Assembly: GCF_006345805.1 (NCBI RefSeq)
Contig: NC_043005.1
Coordinates: forward strand, 28,272,001-28,336,000
Length of the DNA stretch: 64,000 nt
Direction: 5' to 3'
DNA from: Octopus sinensis
Taxonomy: Eukaryota
How positions within the stretch are numbered: the first letter of the stretch is position 1; each line of letters begins with the position of its first letter. Below, one piece after another: positions 12,600 to 25,351 of the stretch. The notes under the pieces were generated by a model. That model had not been told where the DNA came from. It did not search any database and worked only from the letters and a program-made list of their open reading frames with translations. The position numbers and the translations under genes are program-made.

Positions 12600-14694
12600 T
12601 CCATGTTTGTATGAGCCAAATGAAAGTATGTTGGGGCTAAATTTTCTATGATTGTGAGTCTTTTTCTAATACCAGTCCACACTTGTTTTCGAGTGTGGTA
12701 AATAATAATTGAATCATCAGATAAGTTAATGGTGGATTCATTTTCACTCTCTAATGTCCTTTATGTAGTTGAATCAAAAATTTATTTTGTCATATTTTTG
12801 GAGTAATAATTCCAGAAAAATTGCATCAAGTTTAGATGTTTATCTTAAATATTTAGTGTTTTCCTGCCAGCCATTATCAACAAATTGTTTAATTCAAATA
12901 ATATTGATATCCGACTTGATGGCTGATTCAGTTTCTTCAGTGGTAACTGCCATTTCAATGAGACTTCCTTCAATGATTTCATGTATTTTAAATCCAGAAG
13001 CAATGTAATTTCTATGACTTTCATCAAAATCATAAGGTTCAATCAACATACAACGTTATATCATATATTTGTATGATATCAAATTTATCATCTTGATGCT
13101 GGGATTGTTAACACATAAGCATCAATATATTTTCATTTGGTAGCAATATGTGTATTAGCAAGTTGTGATTGGTGATTAATTCAAAATTCTTTTCATATTG
13201 GAATTGACTAAAGTTATGAAGACTAAATCAAATAAATAATCACTTTTAATCATTGCTGTTGATGTCCAGTGAATGTTTTAGATGTCTGGGCCAATGCACA
13301 TTCAACTCCATTCTCATGTTGCAACATTCTGTTCTTTCAATGCCAACTGGATCTCTTCTACTGCCAAAATTAATAACAAACTTTCATTGTAATGAGGGGG
13401 CTCTGTGGCCTTAATCACTTGTTTCAATTCATTAAAATTTTATTGACAATCATTTAATTATTGGAATGATATGGTTTTTGTTAATTAAGATAATGATGCA
13501 GTAATGAATGTGTGATAATATTCAACTTCTGAAGCAAATAATGTTTCATTTACCTTCTTATTGAATCGGTAATTTTGTAAAAGCATCAATATTTTTTCTT
13601 TCTTTTTCTTTTTCTTTCTTTTTTCTTTTTCTTTTGATAATGCTTTTGACTGACATGCTAAGAGTATAGCCAAGACAATGAGCTTTGTTATGGAAAACTC
13701 TTTCATTTTATGACATTTTGAACTTTAGTCTTTTAACTGATTAAATATTTGTTAACTAATTTATTTAAATATTATTCATCCATTATCCAGACACAACACA
13801 CAGTGCTTTATTCCAAATGACAAACGACCAACATGATTTTGAAATATGGAAGCACAATGGAAATTCATTTGTACTTATAAAGACCCAAAAGGCATATTTA
13901 TTGCTAGTAGTTTTTGTAATTCTCTCTTCTGATCTATAAATATATGCCTTTTAAATTAGTTATGCTAAAGTTTTCTGCTCTCTAGTTTATGGAATATTTC
14001 ATTAGATCTTGGCATTAGATGGTAATCATTTCAATGTGTTTGCTGATCATAACTTAAATATTGCTACTGGCATGAATTTTGCCATTTGGCTACCAAACAG
14101 CGATGATTGGTGCAACCAAAATCACTGTAATTAGTTAGTTGTAATGTACTTTTGAACACTTCACATTCCAGTTCTCCTTTTACTTGTTCAGCTTTTGAAA
14201 ATGGAAAAGGTCTAATCTTCCAGTAAATCTGGTTTGCGTTGTGGCCTACATTTTCAGTCAACAGCTGAAAATTGCTTCCAAATGTTTTGCACATAAACCA
14301 TTGTTTTATTTGAAATATTCAGATAAGTTGAATTATCAACATTATTTACAACATTAGTAATATTATTGAGTAGAAGTAACAATGACAGATTAAATGCTTT
14401 AACCAATTTATTCCGTATAAACACAAATGCACTTTAGAATTAATAAAATGGCCTCTAAATTTTGTGGCCGTTTACATTCCGTTGTTAATATCTGATTGGC
14501 ATCTTTCTTTAATTGGAATATCTTTAATACAATAAGCTTTTAACTTTGTCAACACTGGTTCAAATGGAGAAGACCTGATAATTTTATATGTATGAAATCA
14601 AAGTTCTAGTGGCAATGACATCTAATTTGAATTTAATCAATAATAGCACTGAAATGTAACATCAGTTTCTGATTTCTTTGTTGAGATTTGTAAT
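12600..14694 (-). pseudogene. pol: Heavily decayed Ty3/Gypsy LTR-retrotransposon pol (protease, RT, RNase H, start of integrase)
   Basis: Fragments in canonical order on the minus strand: KFKLDVIATRTLIS (protease DTG-like), KIRPFPF, QKLLAINMPFG, ASIFQ, CLDN (RT YLDD position), NFNELKQVI, LQHENGVECALAQTSKTFT, HNFSQFQYEKNFELITNHNLL (RNase H), KQFVDNGW and LHKGH (integrase zinc-finger region). Many stops and frameshifts; no LTRs recognised. Confidence 0.8.
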
Positions 14695-14735
14695 GTGTGT
14701 GTGTGTATATATATATATATATAGAGAGAGAGATG

Positions 14736-14865
14736 ATAAGAAATGGAGCAATAATAACAGAAGTAGATCATTAGTGTTTTAAAGTCATTTAATAACGATC
14801 GTTATTAAATGACTTTAAAACACTAATGATCTACTTCTAACTGTTGTTATTGCTCCATTTCTTAT
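14736..14865. repeat. 130-bp palindrome with a perfect 80-bp core (14759-14838)
   Basis: AGAAGTAGATCATTAGTGTTTTAAAGTCATTTAATAACGA is followed immediately by its exact reverse complement. The outer 25 bp match with a 4-nt indel and one mismatch. Confidence 0.95.
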
Positions 14866-15024
14866 TGCTTTTTATATATATATTAAACCATGGTTTTACC
14901 TTTAAATTACCTACTACCATATACCTTATAACAAGGTCCATACATACTGAGGTAATACCAGGAGTGCCTTTGGGTACATCTATCCCTTAGACAGTTACAT
15001 TACCTCTAACATATCTTACACTAC

Positions 15025-15082
<58 letters not shown>

Positions 15083-15320
15083 GACACACACATACACATA
15101 TACATATTACAAATCTCAACAAAGAAATCAGAAACTGATGTCACATTTCAGTGCTATTCAATAATATATATAAGGTATGAAAGGTATTGGTGTCAAGAAG
15201 ACCCAAAGGTGGCAAGTAATGCTGAGTAAGTGTTATGGACAGACTATAGTTAAGCTCCAGGTTTGATGATGATACGAATGAGGAGTCCAACATGAGTCTT
15301 GCATATGTATAAAAATTGAC

Positions 15321-15465
15321 AGAATGAGATAAAAAATCCAAGGGTGTGAATAGTTTTCAGAACATTTACAAAGAGAAGGTCTTAGCAGTTTCCAGGAAAC
15401 AGCTGTAAGACCTCTTTATAAATGTTGTGAAAACTTTCACACCCTTGGATTTTTTATCTCATTCT
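15321..15465. repeat. 145-bp near-perfect palindrome (MITE-like)
   Basis: Perfect 30-bp outer arms AGAATGAGATAAAAAATCCAAGGGTGTGAA / TTCACACCCTTGGATTTTTTATCTCATTCT; inner arms match with a few indels. Confidence 0.9.
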
Positions 15466-15729
15466 TTTAATTTATATATATATATATTGAACTGCCTTCA
15501 GTATTTTGTTCATTTGATTCACATTTTCTGCTGTCTGTGGAGCCTGGTACAGCCTTCTGGCTTGCCAGTCCTCAGTCAAACTGTCCAACCCATGCCAGCA
15601 TAGAAAGCAGATGTTAAACGATGATGATGATAATGATGATAATTGTAATTTTCATATTTAGTTTTGTCATTTTTAGTTTATCATCATCATTATCATCATC
15701 TTCATCCTCATTATTATTATTATTATTAT

Positions 15730-16247
15730 TGAGTGAGAGTACAACTCATGCCATCAGTGAAACGGGTACTAATATATACGCATCATGACTAACCGTCTGA
15801 TAAGGGTACACCAGGCACATGCATTACAACCATACTTGTGCAACATGATGACCTCATATCAAGATATACAGAACATAACCTTGCAGATAGGGCCCAGTTA
15901 GAAGTTTGAGTAGCCCATCTTGCTCAAAATGTCCCTGAAAAGGATTGAAACATCCATGTTTCCAAAGGTGAGTTATTCAAACCCCAAAGAATTCCTCTCA
16001 ACACATGGCTGTGATGCCCCCCCACTACTTTTTGTGATCAGAGATGCACGTATAGTCAGCCAAGGGACATGCTCAACTGGTTATGGTCAAGCAACTGACA
16101 AGCAAATCTGTGATATTGAGCAGAATATTTGCTGTAGCCCACCTCTTACACCAAGACAAAACATGTATATGTTAACACTTCCAATCAGTTAAGATCAGAA
16201 GCCATGAGAGTCACTGTCTGGTACTGCATCAAGGCATTTATTATTAT
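15730..16247. mobile_element. Unclassified interspersed repeat flanked by (ATT)n
   Basis: The first about 100 bp (...CTGATAAGGGTACACCAGGCAC) recur at about 22428-22530. No protein motif recognised. Confidence 0.5.
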
Positions 16248-16260
16248 CATTATTATTATA

Positions 16261-17046
16261 AGGCAGTGAGCTGGCAGAAGCCTTAGCATGCTGGGCAAAA
16301 TGCTTAGCGGTGTTTCATCTGTCTTTTCATTCTGAGTTCAAATTCCGCTGAGGTCGACTTTGCCTTTCATCTTTTTGGGGTCGATAAATTAAGTACTAGT
16401 TGCATACAGGGGGAGTCTAATTGACTGGTCCCCTTCCCCAAAATTTCAGGTCTTGTGCCTAGAGTAGAAAAGATCATTATTATTATTATGATTATTATTA
16501 CAAGGCGAGCTGGTAGAACTGTTGGCATGTTGGATGAAATGCTTAGTGGCATTTTGACCATCTTTATATTCTGTGTGCAAGTTCCACCAAATTCGACTTT
16601 ACCTTTCAGGATTGATGAAATAGATACCAGTCATGTACTGGAGTCACTATAATCAACTTACCCCTTCCACAAAATTTCAGGCCTTATGCCTATAGCGGAA
16701 AGAATTTTCAGGCCTTGTGTCTATAAGAGAAATGATTATTATTAAGATGCCAAGCTGACCAAATCATTAGCATGAGAGCTGAAATGCTTAGCAGCGTTTC
16801 TAAATACTGCCACGGTCGACCTTGCCTTTCATCCTGTTTTGGAGTTGATAAAATAAAATACTAGTCAAGTACTGCGGATTGAAGTAATTGGCTCATCCTC
16901 TCTCACTAAAATTACTTATGTTTGAAAATTTGAAACACCTGCCAGGTAAAATGTTTCACAGCATTTCTTCTTGCTTTATGTTCTGGGTTCAAATTCCACT
17001 GAGGGCATCTTTACCATTTATCCTTTCAGGATCAATAAAATAAATA
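16261..17046 (+). mobile_element. Tandem cluster of about 4 SINE S2 copies
   Basis: Repeated GAGCTGGCAGAA (A box), GAGTTCAAATTCC (B box), GACTTTGCCTTTCATCCTTT..GGGTCGATAAA..AAGTAC..., ending in (ATT)n. Confidence 0.85.
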
Positions 17047-17329
17047 TCTACTATAGCCTCAGGCCAACCAAAGCCTTGTGAGTGGATTTGGTAGACGGAA
17101 ACTGAAAGAAGCCCATCATATATATATATATATATTTGTGTGTCTGTGTTTGTTCCCCCAACATCACTTGACAACCGATGCTGGTGTGTTTATATCCCCG
17201 TAACTTAGTGGTTCAGCAAAAGCAACCTATAGAATAAGTACTAGGCTTACAAAGAATAAGTCCTGGGGTTGATTTGCTCGACTAAAGGCGGTGCTCCAGC
17301 ATGGCCACAGTCAAATGACTGAAACAAAT
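17047..17329 (+). mobile_element. SINE S1, 5'-truncated
   Basis: Starts at TCTACTATAGCC and runs through the S1 tail. Confidence 0.85.
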
Positions 17330-17724
17330 AATATAATAATAGGATGATTGATTCTAACAAATAATAATGAAATTTAGGCACTATTTTTTTAGTGACACAG
17401 GAATAAGAAAGTTTCAAATTTAACACTTACCTAGATATCAACTATAAACAAGTTGAAGTTTGGAATCAAAATCATTCTTCTTGAAGTCAGTATTCACAAC
17501 TGAAATATGACAGCCAACAAACATCCACCCACCATTAAAAAAAAAGTTATAGTACTGCTGCATATATAAGGATTGATCTCTATCCGTTGAGGTATTATTT
17601 TGCAGTGAAATCCACATATAAAGAAAGTGCTGCATGTGGCACATGCCAAATTTGTGGGTGAAAGGCAAAACATCAATAAATATGTAGACAAGATAAAAAC
17701 GTTATATGAAAAATTTCAGATAAG

Positions 17725-17890
17725 CTCTTTAATCTCAATCCCTTCTTTGATTAACTATTAAATCCCAGTTTTTCATTTGGTTAACTATTCAATCCTGACT
17801 TTTCTTTGGCTAACTATTAAATCCCAGTTCTTTCTTTTAAGTATTTAATCCCAACACCTTCTTTGATTAACTATTAAATTCTGACCCTAT
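17725..17890. repeat. Degenerate minisatellite, 27-30 bp unit, about 5 copies
   Basis: (T/C)TAA(C/G)TATT(A/C/T)AAT recurs at 17751, 17781, 17810, 17837 and 17867. Related degraded units at about 10955-11110. Confidence 0.75.
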
Positions 17891-18930
17891 ATTTTATCTC
17901 TCAGAAACAAATAGCTAAGGGTTACTCCATTGACATCTTCATTTTTCAGATTAAATGGCTTCTTTTTCTTTTATTTTCATTTTGAGCAAATATTTATCGA
18001 ATTTAATTTTTATCCCTTTCATAATCCCTTTCATTCCATATTCACCCTGTAGCATATAAGGCTAATAAATGTAGTAGTGATGATAATAATGATAATATTA
18101 ATAATAATAACAACAACAACAATCATAATATATTTGATATTTTAATTAAATTAATTTTTTTAATCCAATCCATTAATGGATTTCTGAAACAATTTTTTAT
18201 TTGTTCTTGTTTGGTGTTTGATATTTTACCGTTTCATTGATTAAGAAATCTTAAAACTTATTGTGGAATATTCGTCAGGAAACTGAAGAATATTGAAATA
18301 TTCACATAATAATATGAGACTTTATGTGTTTAATAACACAAATGACTGCTGAAAAATGATTCCATACTTTCAGACATAAGCAAGGTGACAAAATGATGTT
18401 TTTAATCTGTATTATCGTTATAAATCTGAATTTCAGAAAATTTCAAAGAAATAATATCTTTTCATTATAACAATGTAAAATTGTGAGCTGAATATTACTG
18501 ACAGCAGTGAAAAGCTATTGGACTCAACCTAATGACCTCAGGGTCATTAGGTTAAAGTCTCTGCAAGTATTTCATTGTATCTGAGCAGAAGACTTATTCT
18601 TAGTGCCTCGTTTCAGTTATTACAGCCACAGGATATTATGAGCATAGTCATGCAGTCTTAGGTTCAATCCCACTGCTTGGTATCATAAGCAAGTTTCTTC
18701 TTTTATATCCTCAGGCTGACTAATGCCCTGTGAACAAAATTGGTAGGTGGAAATTGTGCAGAAGCCTTTCACATACACACACACACACAGGGGGCGGGCA
18801 AAAGTTGGTGCGCCAGTTGAAGCCACCAGATTATGCCCACAGATCACAAAATGCAATCAAGTTTCATGAGTCTTGCTCTCCCGCATGATTGCTTCCAAGT
18901 CTGCTCACCTTGATCCCTACATACACACGT

Positions 18931-19090
18931 GTGGGTGTGTGGTAAGTGGCTTGCTTACCAGCCACATGATTCCGGGTTCAGTCCTACTGTGTGGCACCTT
19001 GGGCAAGTGTCTTCTACTATAGTCTTGGGCCGACCAAAGCCTTGTGAGTGGATTTGGTAGACGGAAACTGAAAGAAGCCTGTTGTATATA

Positions 19091-19132
<42 letters not shown>

Positions 19133-19333
19133 ATATATATATATGTTTGTGTGTCTGTGTTTGTCCCCCCACCCAACATCGCTTGACAACTGATGGTGGT
19201 GTGTTTACGTCCCCGTAAGTTAGCAGTTTGGCAAAAGAGATCGATAGAATAAGTACTGGGGTTGATTTGCTCGACTAAAGGTGGTGCTCCAGCATGGCCA
19301 CAGTCAGATGACTGAAACATGTAAAATAGTAAA
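18931..19333 (+). mobile_element. SINE S1
   Basis: Aligns to the 12186 copy, with a short deletion before CTGGGGTTGATTTG. Confidence 0.85.
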
Positions 19334-19520
19334 CTGATGGACACGTGATGTGTATGGAGGAGGAGAGCTGTATAAAGAAGCAGTGCATATTCAAAATGAA
19401 TGGAACTTGTAAAGCGGGAAGCCAAGAAAGACTTGGACAAAACAGTGAAGACAGATGTGAAGTTGTTACATTTTATGCAAGAGGTGACAAGCATGTTGAC
19501 TGGTGACATGTTGGATGGGA
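19334..19520 (+). mobile_element. RTE LINE ORF2 C-terminal remnant
   Basis: GHVMCMEEESCIKKQCIFKMNGTCK / GKPRKTWTKTVKTD (one frameshift) matches the RTE GHV.RM....C.K...G...RGRP.KTW pattern. Confidence 0.65.
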
Positions 19521-21909
19521 GAAGACCTACCTATCTATCTAGGCATGGTGAAGCAGGTTTTAAAATTGTGTTTATAGATGTGTGTGTGTGTAGGTAGATA
19601 GATAGATAGAAAGCCAGCTTCTTATACAGCGACATTAAACTTCATATCAACCTGGAGTTCATGTCTTGTTGCCTTCTCTAGACATCAAGTTTTAAAAATA
19701 TTCTTTCTTGAAGACTTTGTGTATCTATTACTGACAATTGAAGAAATTAAAACATGTAGAATTAAGTGTCCTGTCCAGCAATATAATGAAATACCTGTAA
19801 CATATCTGAATTTACAATTTATAAGATGATTTTTCGAGTTACTTCTCTAAAAATTTCACCTCATCAATCCTGTTGATATATATTTTTTTCACAATATTCT
19901 GGTGAAAGGTTTCACAGTAGTTATTAATTAAATTATGATGATTAATCATTGTTGAAAAATTTCTTTAAAAGAATGTTTCTGTTTTTACTTAAAACTTTAC
20001 TAATTAAAATAACTTCAATTAAATTATCCGTGTCTTATTACTCAATATATTAACTCTGCTCATGTAGAATAGCTCTATTAAATCCTACCAAATATTATAA
20101 TGTATCCTTCTGAAGTAAGAGACTTCACTTACCTCCTCCAACATCACCTTGGGGTCTATGTGATGTTTTAGCACAGCTGTTTTGGCTTTGTTGATTAGAC
20201 ACTGACTTATTTGACATTAAGCATTTCAATGTTTCTCTTGTTTCCTCTCTCTCTTTCTCTCCCTTTTTATGTGTGTGAGCATCTAATTATGTTTTATATA
20301 TGTCCCCACCTCTCTCTCTCTCCCCCCTCTCCTTCTCTCTCTCTAAGTGTATATTTCTGTACTTGCATGCATGTGTGTGGGTTTGCCTCCAGTGCCAAAA
20401 CATACTGTTACTAAAACAGTTTGAATGTCCAGTTAGCTGAACCAAATTCTTAGCATCCAAACAGTTGCGCCCATTTGTTTCATTCCTCTTCTAGAGATAG
20501 ATAAATCCAAATTGTTTGCAATCCTAGAAACTCTGCAACAGCAGTGTTTCAGCGATGTTTATAATGGATATAGCATTTTTACTGAAGTGTGATAAATTCA
20601 TACCACAGTACAAACATTGTGCAGAGTCCTGTTAAGTAACCATAAGACGATCAGTAGTTTTTTGGCACCTGAACGTTGTAGCACATGAACATTGCATTCA
20701 ACCTGCTGAGTTCCTGCAAAAAGTCAGTCTCTCTTCATTGTGTGCATTTCTCGCTTGGGTTTGTTGTCTACAGACAGTTTTGTATACTTGCATATTGTTA
20801 TAACTCTTATACAAGTAAAATGAGTTACAAGTTCTTTTCTATCTTCACTGGAACCTTGTGGGCTATATTTATTTAGTCTGCTACTCAAGGCCCTAATAAC
20901 AACCACAGTTACAGTCAGAATGCTATCCTCTTCTGGCAGGTGAGAGAGAACATAACCACTTCAAATATGAAATCCTTAGATTAGAAGCTTCATGATTAAT
21001 AAGTTGTGAGATCAAATACTTCTTCTTTACATTGACTGGATGAATGAAAAACAAGTGTCATTCATTCATATCTTGTATTGTCATCACCACTTGACTGCAC
21101 AGTGGTGTTTCAGAGTAAGAAAAGTTGGGAATGGCTATCAGACACCAACTGTCACTCACACACACACATAGGTTAAAAGTTTTGTTAAGATGGTGAAAGG
21201 CTATAGTACAAGTGACCCTGATTTTGCCACTAGCTAAGTTCAGAGGAGACAGGGTCGGTCATTGTAAGTAGAAGAGACAAGAGAAATGGTTGTAGTGTGT
21301 TGGTAAATGGATATTTACTGAGGATGTTGTAGTAGTGGAAGAAAAGACAGGAAGGAATAACAGTGTCTGTGAGTCAGTGCAGTTGCAACTAATTTGAATG
21401 AGGAGGGGAGATAATCTCAAGACTCAAAAATTCTCCAGAATTCCACCTACCATTAAATACAGTCTGTTTTTCTAGAAACAAAATGAGAGCTGTTATTTTT
21501 TTTTTATTTCCTCAGCAGGCATCATCAGCAATTGCCTTGACTTGGCCCTAGCCACATGTGTGTGCTTGGAACCTGGTAATTCAACACAAAAGATTTTCAC
21601 TAGAATCTGCTGAAAATTTATATTGTTTTTTCTATTAACATTTAAATTTTTTCGTTCTTTAAAATGTGTTTTGCAGGTTTCAAGGTGTAATTCAGCTGCT
21701 TATTAATATAAATTGCTAAATAGCTAAAATAATTAATATTCTTAACAAGTTTTTAATTCATATCATTAACAAATTTACTTCAATATTTATATTTACAAAT
21801 TATGTATTGTATTCATTATAATTATTATTTTATGAAAACTGTCAGGTTATTTTGCTGGGTTTGGTGGAAAGTGTCAGGTGTCCACAGCCAGCAGACTAAG
21901 ATGACATCA

Positions 21910-21950
<41 letters not shown>

Positions 21951-21951
<1 letters not shown>

Positions 21952-22910
21952 GGGCAGTAAGCTGGCAGAATCATTAGCATGCTGGATGAAATGCTTAGCA
22001 GTATTTCACCTGTTTCTTTGTTCTGAGTTCAAATTCCACCAAGGTTGACGTTACCTTTCATTCTTTCAGGGTTGATAAAATAAGTACCAGTTGAACACTG
22101 GGGTCAGTATAATTGATTCATTCCCACCTTCCCCAAGCTGTTCTTGTGGCAAAATTTGAAACCATTATTATTATTATTAAAAATCCTTAAAAATGTTTTA
22201 GCCCAAGGCAGCAAGCTGGCAGAACCATTACCATGCCAGGAAAAATGTTTAGTGGCATTTCTTCTGACTTTATGTTCTAAGTTCAAATTCCACCAAGGTC
22301 AACTTTGCTTTTCATCCTTTTGGTGTTGAACACTGGGGTTGATGTAATCGACTAGCCCCCTCCTCCGAAATTGCTGGCCTTGTGCCAAAAATTGAGAGTA
22401 TTATTGTTATTATTATTATTATTATTGAATGAGAGAGCAGTACATACCAACAAAGTAACACTGGGGTACAAATACATGAAGCTCAATATACCCATTGTAA
22501 CTGCCTGTCAGATAAGGGTACATCAGGCACTGTTCAAATTCTGCAGAGGTCGACATTGCTTTTCGTCCTTTTAGAGTCAATAAGTACCAGTCAAATGTTG
22601 TGGTCAAAGAAATCAACTATCCCCCTCCTCCCAAAATTTCAGACCTTGACCCTACAGTATTACAGTTGTTGTTATAAAGGTGGTAAGCTGGCAGAATCGT
22701 TAGCATACCAGACAAAATGCTTAGTAACATTTTGTCTGTCTTTACGTTCTGAGTTCAAATTCTGCCGAGGTCAACTTTACCTTTCATACTTTCGGAGTCA
22801 TTTAAATAAGTACCAGTTACGCACTAGGGTTGATGTAATCGACTTAATCCCTTCCCCCAAATTTCAGGCTTTGTGCCTACAGTAGAAAGGATCATTATCA
22901 TTATTATTAT
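21951..22910 (+). mobile_element. Tandem cluster of about 4 SINE S2 copies separated by (ATT)n
   Basis: Copies start near 21951, 22203, 22530 and 22677, all in the same orientation. Confidence 0.85.
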
Positions 22911-22927
22911 TGAAATACAATATTATA

Positions 22928-23095
22928 GTCTCATAGCAGCCAGTTTATCAATTGGTCTCATGCAGCAATCATTAAACATGGCTGAAAGGAATACTAGGTC
23001 AAAACAATTCTTTCCAGCCATTTTTAATGAATGCTGGGATTGTTTTCTGAACATTATGCATGAAACCAATTAGTAAATTGGCTGTTATGAGTGAC
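22928..23095. other. Long imperfect hairpin with a 70-nt inner stem-loop (22965-23034)
   Basis: Inner arms GCAATCATTAAACATGGCTGAAAGGAAT / ATTCTTTCCAGCCATTTTTAATGAATGC around a 14-nt loop. Outer arms of about 38 bp are also complementary. Confidence 0.8.
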
Positions 23096-23448
23096 TCTGA
23101 CATTGTATTTTATTAATAATTATGATGTACCCAATCTGTTCCCCTGTATATAAGTGTCTAGCTTTTTGACAAATATGTCTTTTGACCTCAGTTATCAAAT
23201 GTGAAGCATGCTAGCTGGTCGTTAATGCTGCTATGACATAGACATTTACCAGAAGATTATTATAAAACATGAAAGTACTTGTAATATTGTAAAAATGCAA
23301 AAAATAAATTGTGAAAACTGGACATTGCTGAAATATGATTAATATATGTTTGTGTATGTATGTATATATATATATTTATATATGTGTATATATGTGTGTG
23401 TGTGTATATACATATGTATGTGTGTGTATATATATATATACATACACA

Positions 23449-23630
23449 GGCGCAGGAGTGGCTGTGTGGTAAGTAGCTTGCTTACCAACCACATGGTTCC
23501 GGGTTCATTCCCACTGCGTGGCACCTTGGGCAAGTGTCTTCTACTATAGCCTTGGGCTGACCAAAGCCTTGTGGATGAATTTGGTAGACTGAAAAGAAGC
23601 CCGTTGTATATATGTATGTATATATGTATA

Positions 23631-23682
<52 letters not shown>

Positions 23683-23896
23683 GGTGTGTATATGTTTGTA
23701 TGTCTGTGTTTGTCCCCTCAACATCGCTTAACAACCGATGGTGGTGTGTTTATGCCCCCTGTAAGTTAGCAGTTCAGGAAAAGAGACTGATAGAATAAGT
23801 ACTAGGCTTGCAAAGCATAAGTCCTGGGGTTGATTTGCTCGACTAAAGGCAGTGCTCCAGCATGGCCACAGTCAAATGACTTAAACAAGTAAAAGA
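23449..23896 (+). mobile_element. SINE S1, full length, inside a (TA)n/(TG)n tract
   Basis: Complete head to tail. Confidence 0.9.
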
Positions 23897-23940
<44 letters not shown>

Positions 23941-25316
23941 GCAAACACACACACAAAAACACACCCATACCATCACATATATGTGTGTGTATGTGGTGGT
24001 GGGGGGTGGGGTGAGAAAAATGTTTAATACATGCAGTTGAGTTTTATGTATTCATTCAAAGCTGATGATTCACACTGTTGCTACTCAGTGACTCTTGCTA
24101 TGTGCCATCTGATCTATCTATCTGTCTGTCTGTCTGTCTATGGAAGGTGGAAACACTTTTATAATCTGCTTTGCTTCTTTTCCAGCCATGTTTTTAACCT
24201 CAAATCTTTGGCTTCCATCAAAATCAAGGACATTAAACATTTTATAACTTTGTTCTCTTCTTTCTTCACTGCGAAAAGCATGTTGACAATTCTTAATAAA
24301 TATTAGTTAACAAGAGACAAAGATGTGTTAATATTACATCTTGTTTGGTGGGTTTAGTTAGTTGAAAATTCTCACACACCTTTCACTTACAGAGTTTTCA
24401 TATTGTAACAGATTTTAACTATATATCAACATGCATGTGTTTACACACACACACGTATTTACATACACATACATAGACACACACACATATATGTGTAAGT
24501 TAGGAGATTGAGACTGTTGATACTACTCACTCTCATACTCTGGCAATAAATTACACAAGCAAGTAAAAAACTGTATTTTACCGGTATGGGCCCTTGACAA
24601 CATTTAAAAAGACCATAGTTGCAAGGGATTGCTAGATCATGTCATAGATAGACTGGTCTATACTGGTAAGAGTTTGTTAAATTACACATCATAAATAGTC
24701 TGGTCTGTTCTTGTTTGGGCTGACTAAATCACTTGAAATACTTTGACTTGCTTGTAGTTTCAAAGGATGTTTAGATTGCATATCATAGACAGACTCAGTT
24801 TTTTTGCTCATTTATTTTCATTTGTCTGTGTCAGTTGTCATATGACATAAAGCATAAGCTTGGGTAATTCTTGTGAATTTTTGGCACGGATTTGGACCCA
24901 GACCGGACAGTTGCTGTTCAAATGTTAAAGCTACTGTCTACCATAAGTAAATAAAGTTATTGCAATGACCAGGTAGACTGATTGCTAATGTCATGTCAAG
25001 TATTGATCTGAGTCCTTGAGCAAGATAGGCAACTCTTTTCAGTTTTTCTAACCATAGAACAGTTATCACAATGATGATGTAACTGATTAGAAAGCATTGA
25101 ACTGTTCAGTAACTTAATAGTTCTGAAATTGAATCTTGCCCCAAGTTCTTTTACCAATTTACCGTAAAACCAGATAGTTTATAGAAGCCAAAACATACAT
25201 AACCATAACGAACCACACAGAGGCTAATGAACCATAAAGAGGCTAAGAAGTTGATGAATGTTGATTCTGTATCAGTGGTTTGTTTGTTATTAATGTTATC
25301 TAAATTCTGTTTTCAG

Positions 25317-25351
25317 TTACACTCCAGGAGATGAAGATGTTTCAGCTGATG
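25317..25351 (+). other. Candidate 35-nt internal exon
   Basis: Acceptor ...AATTCTGTTTTCAG and donor ATG|GTGAGT. Two open frames (YTPGDEDVSAD or TLQEMKMFQLM). No homology recognised; could be chance. Confidence 0.3.
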
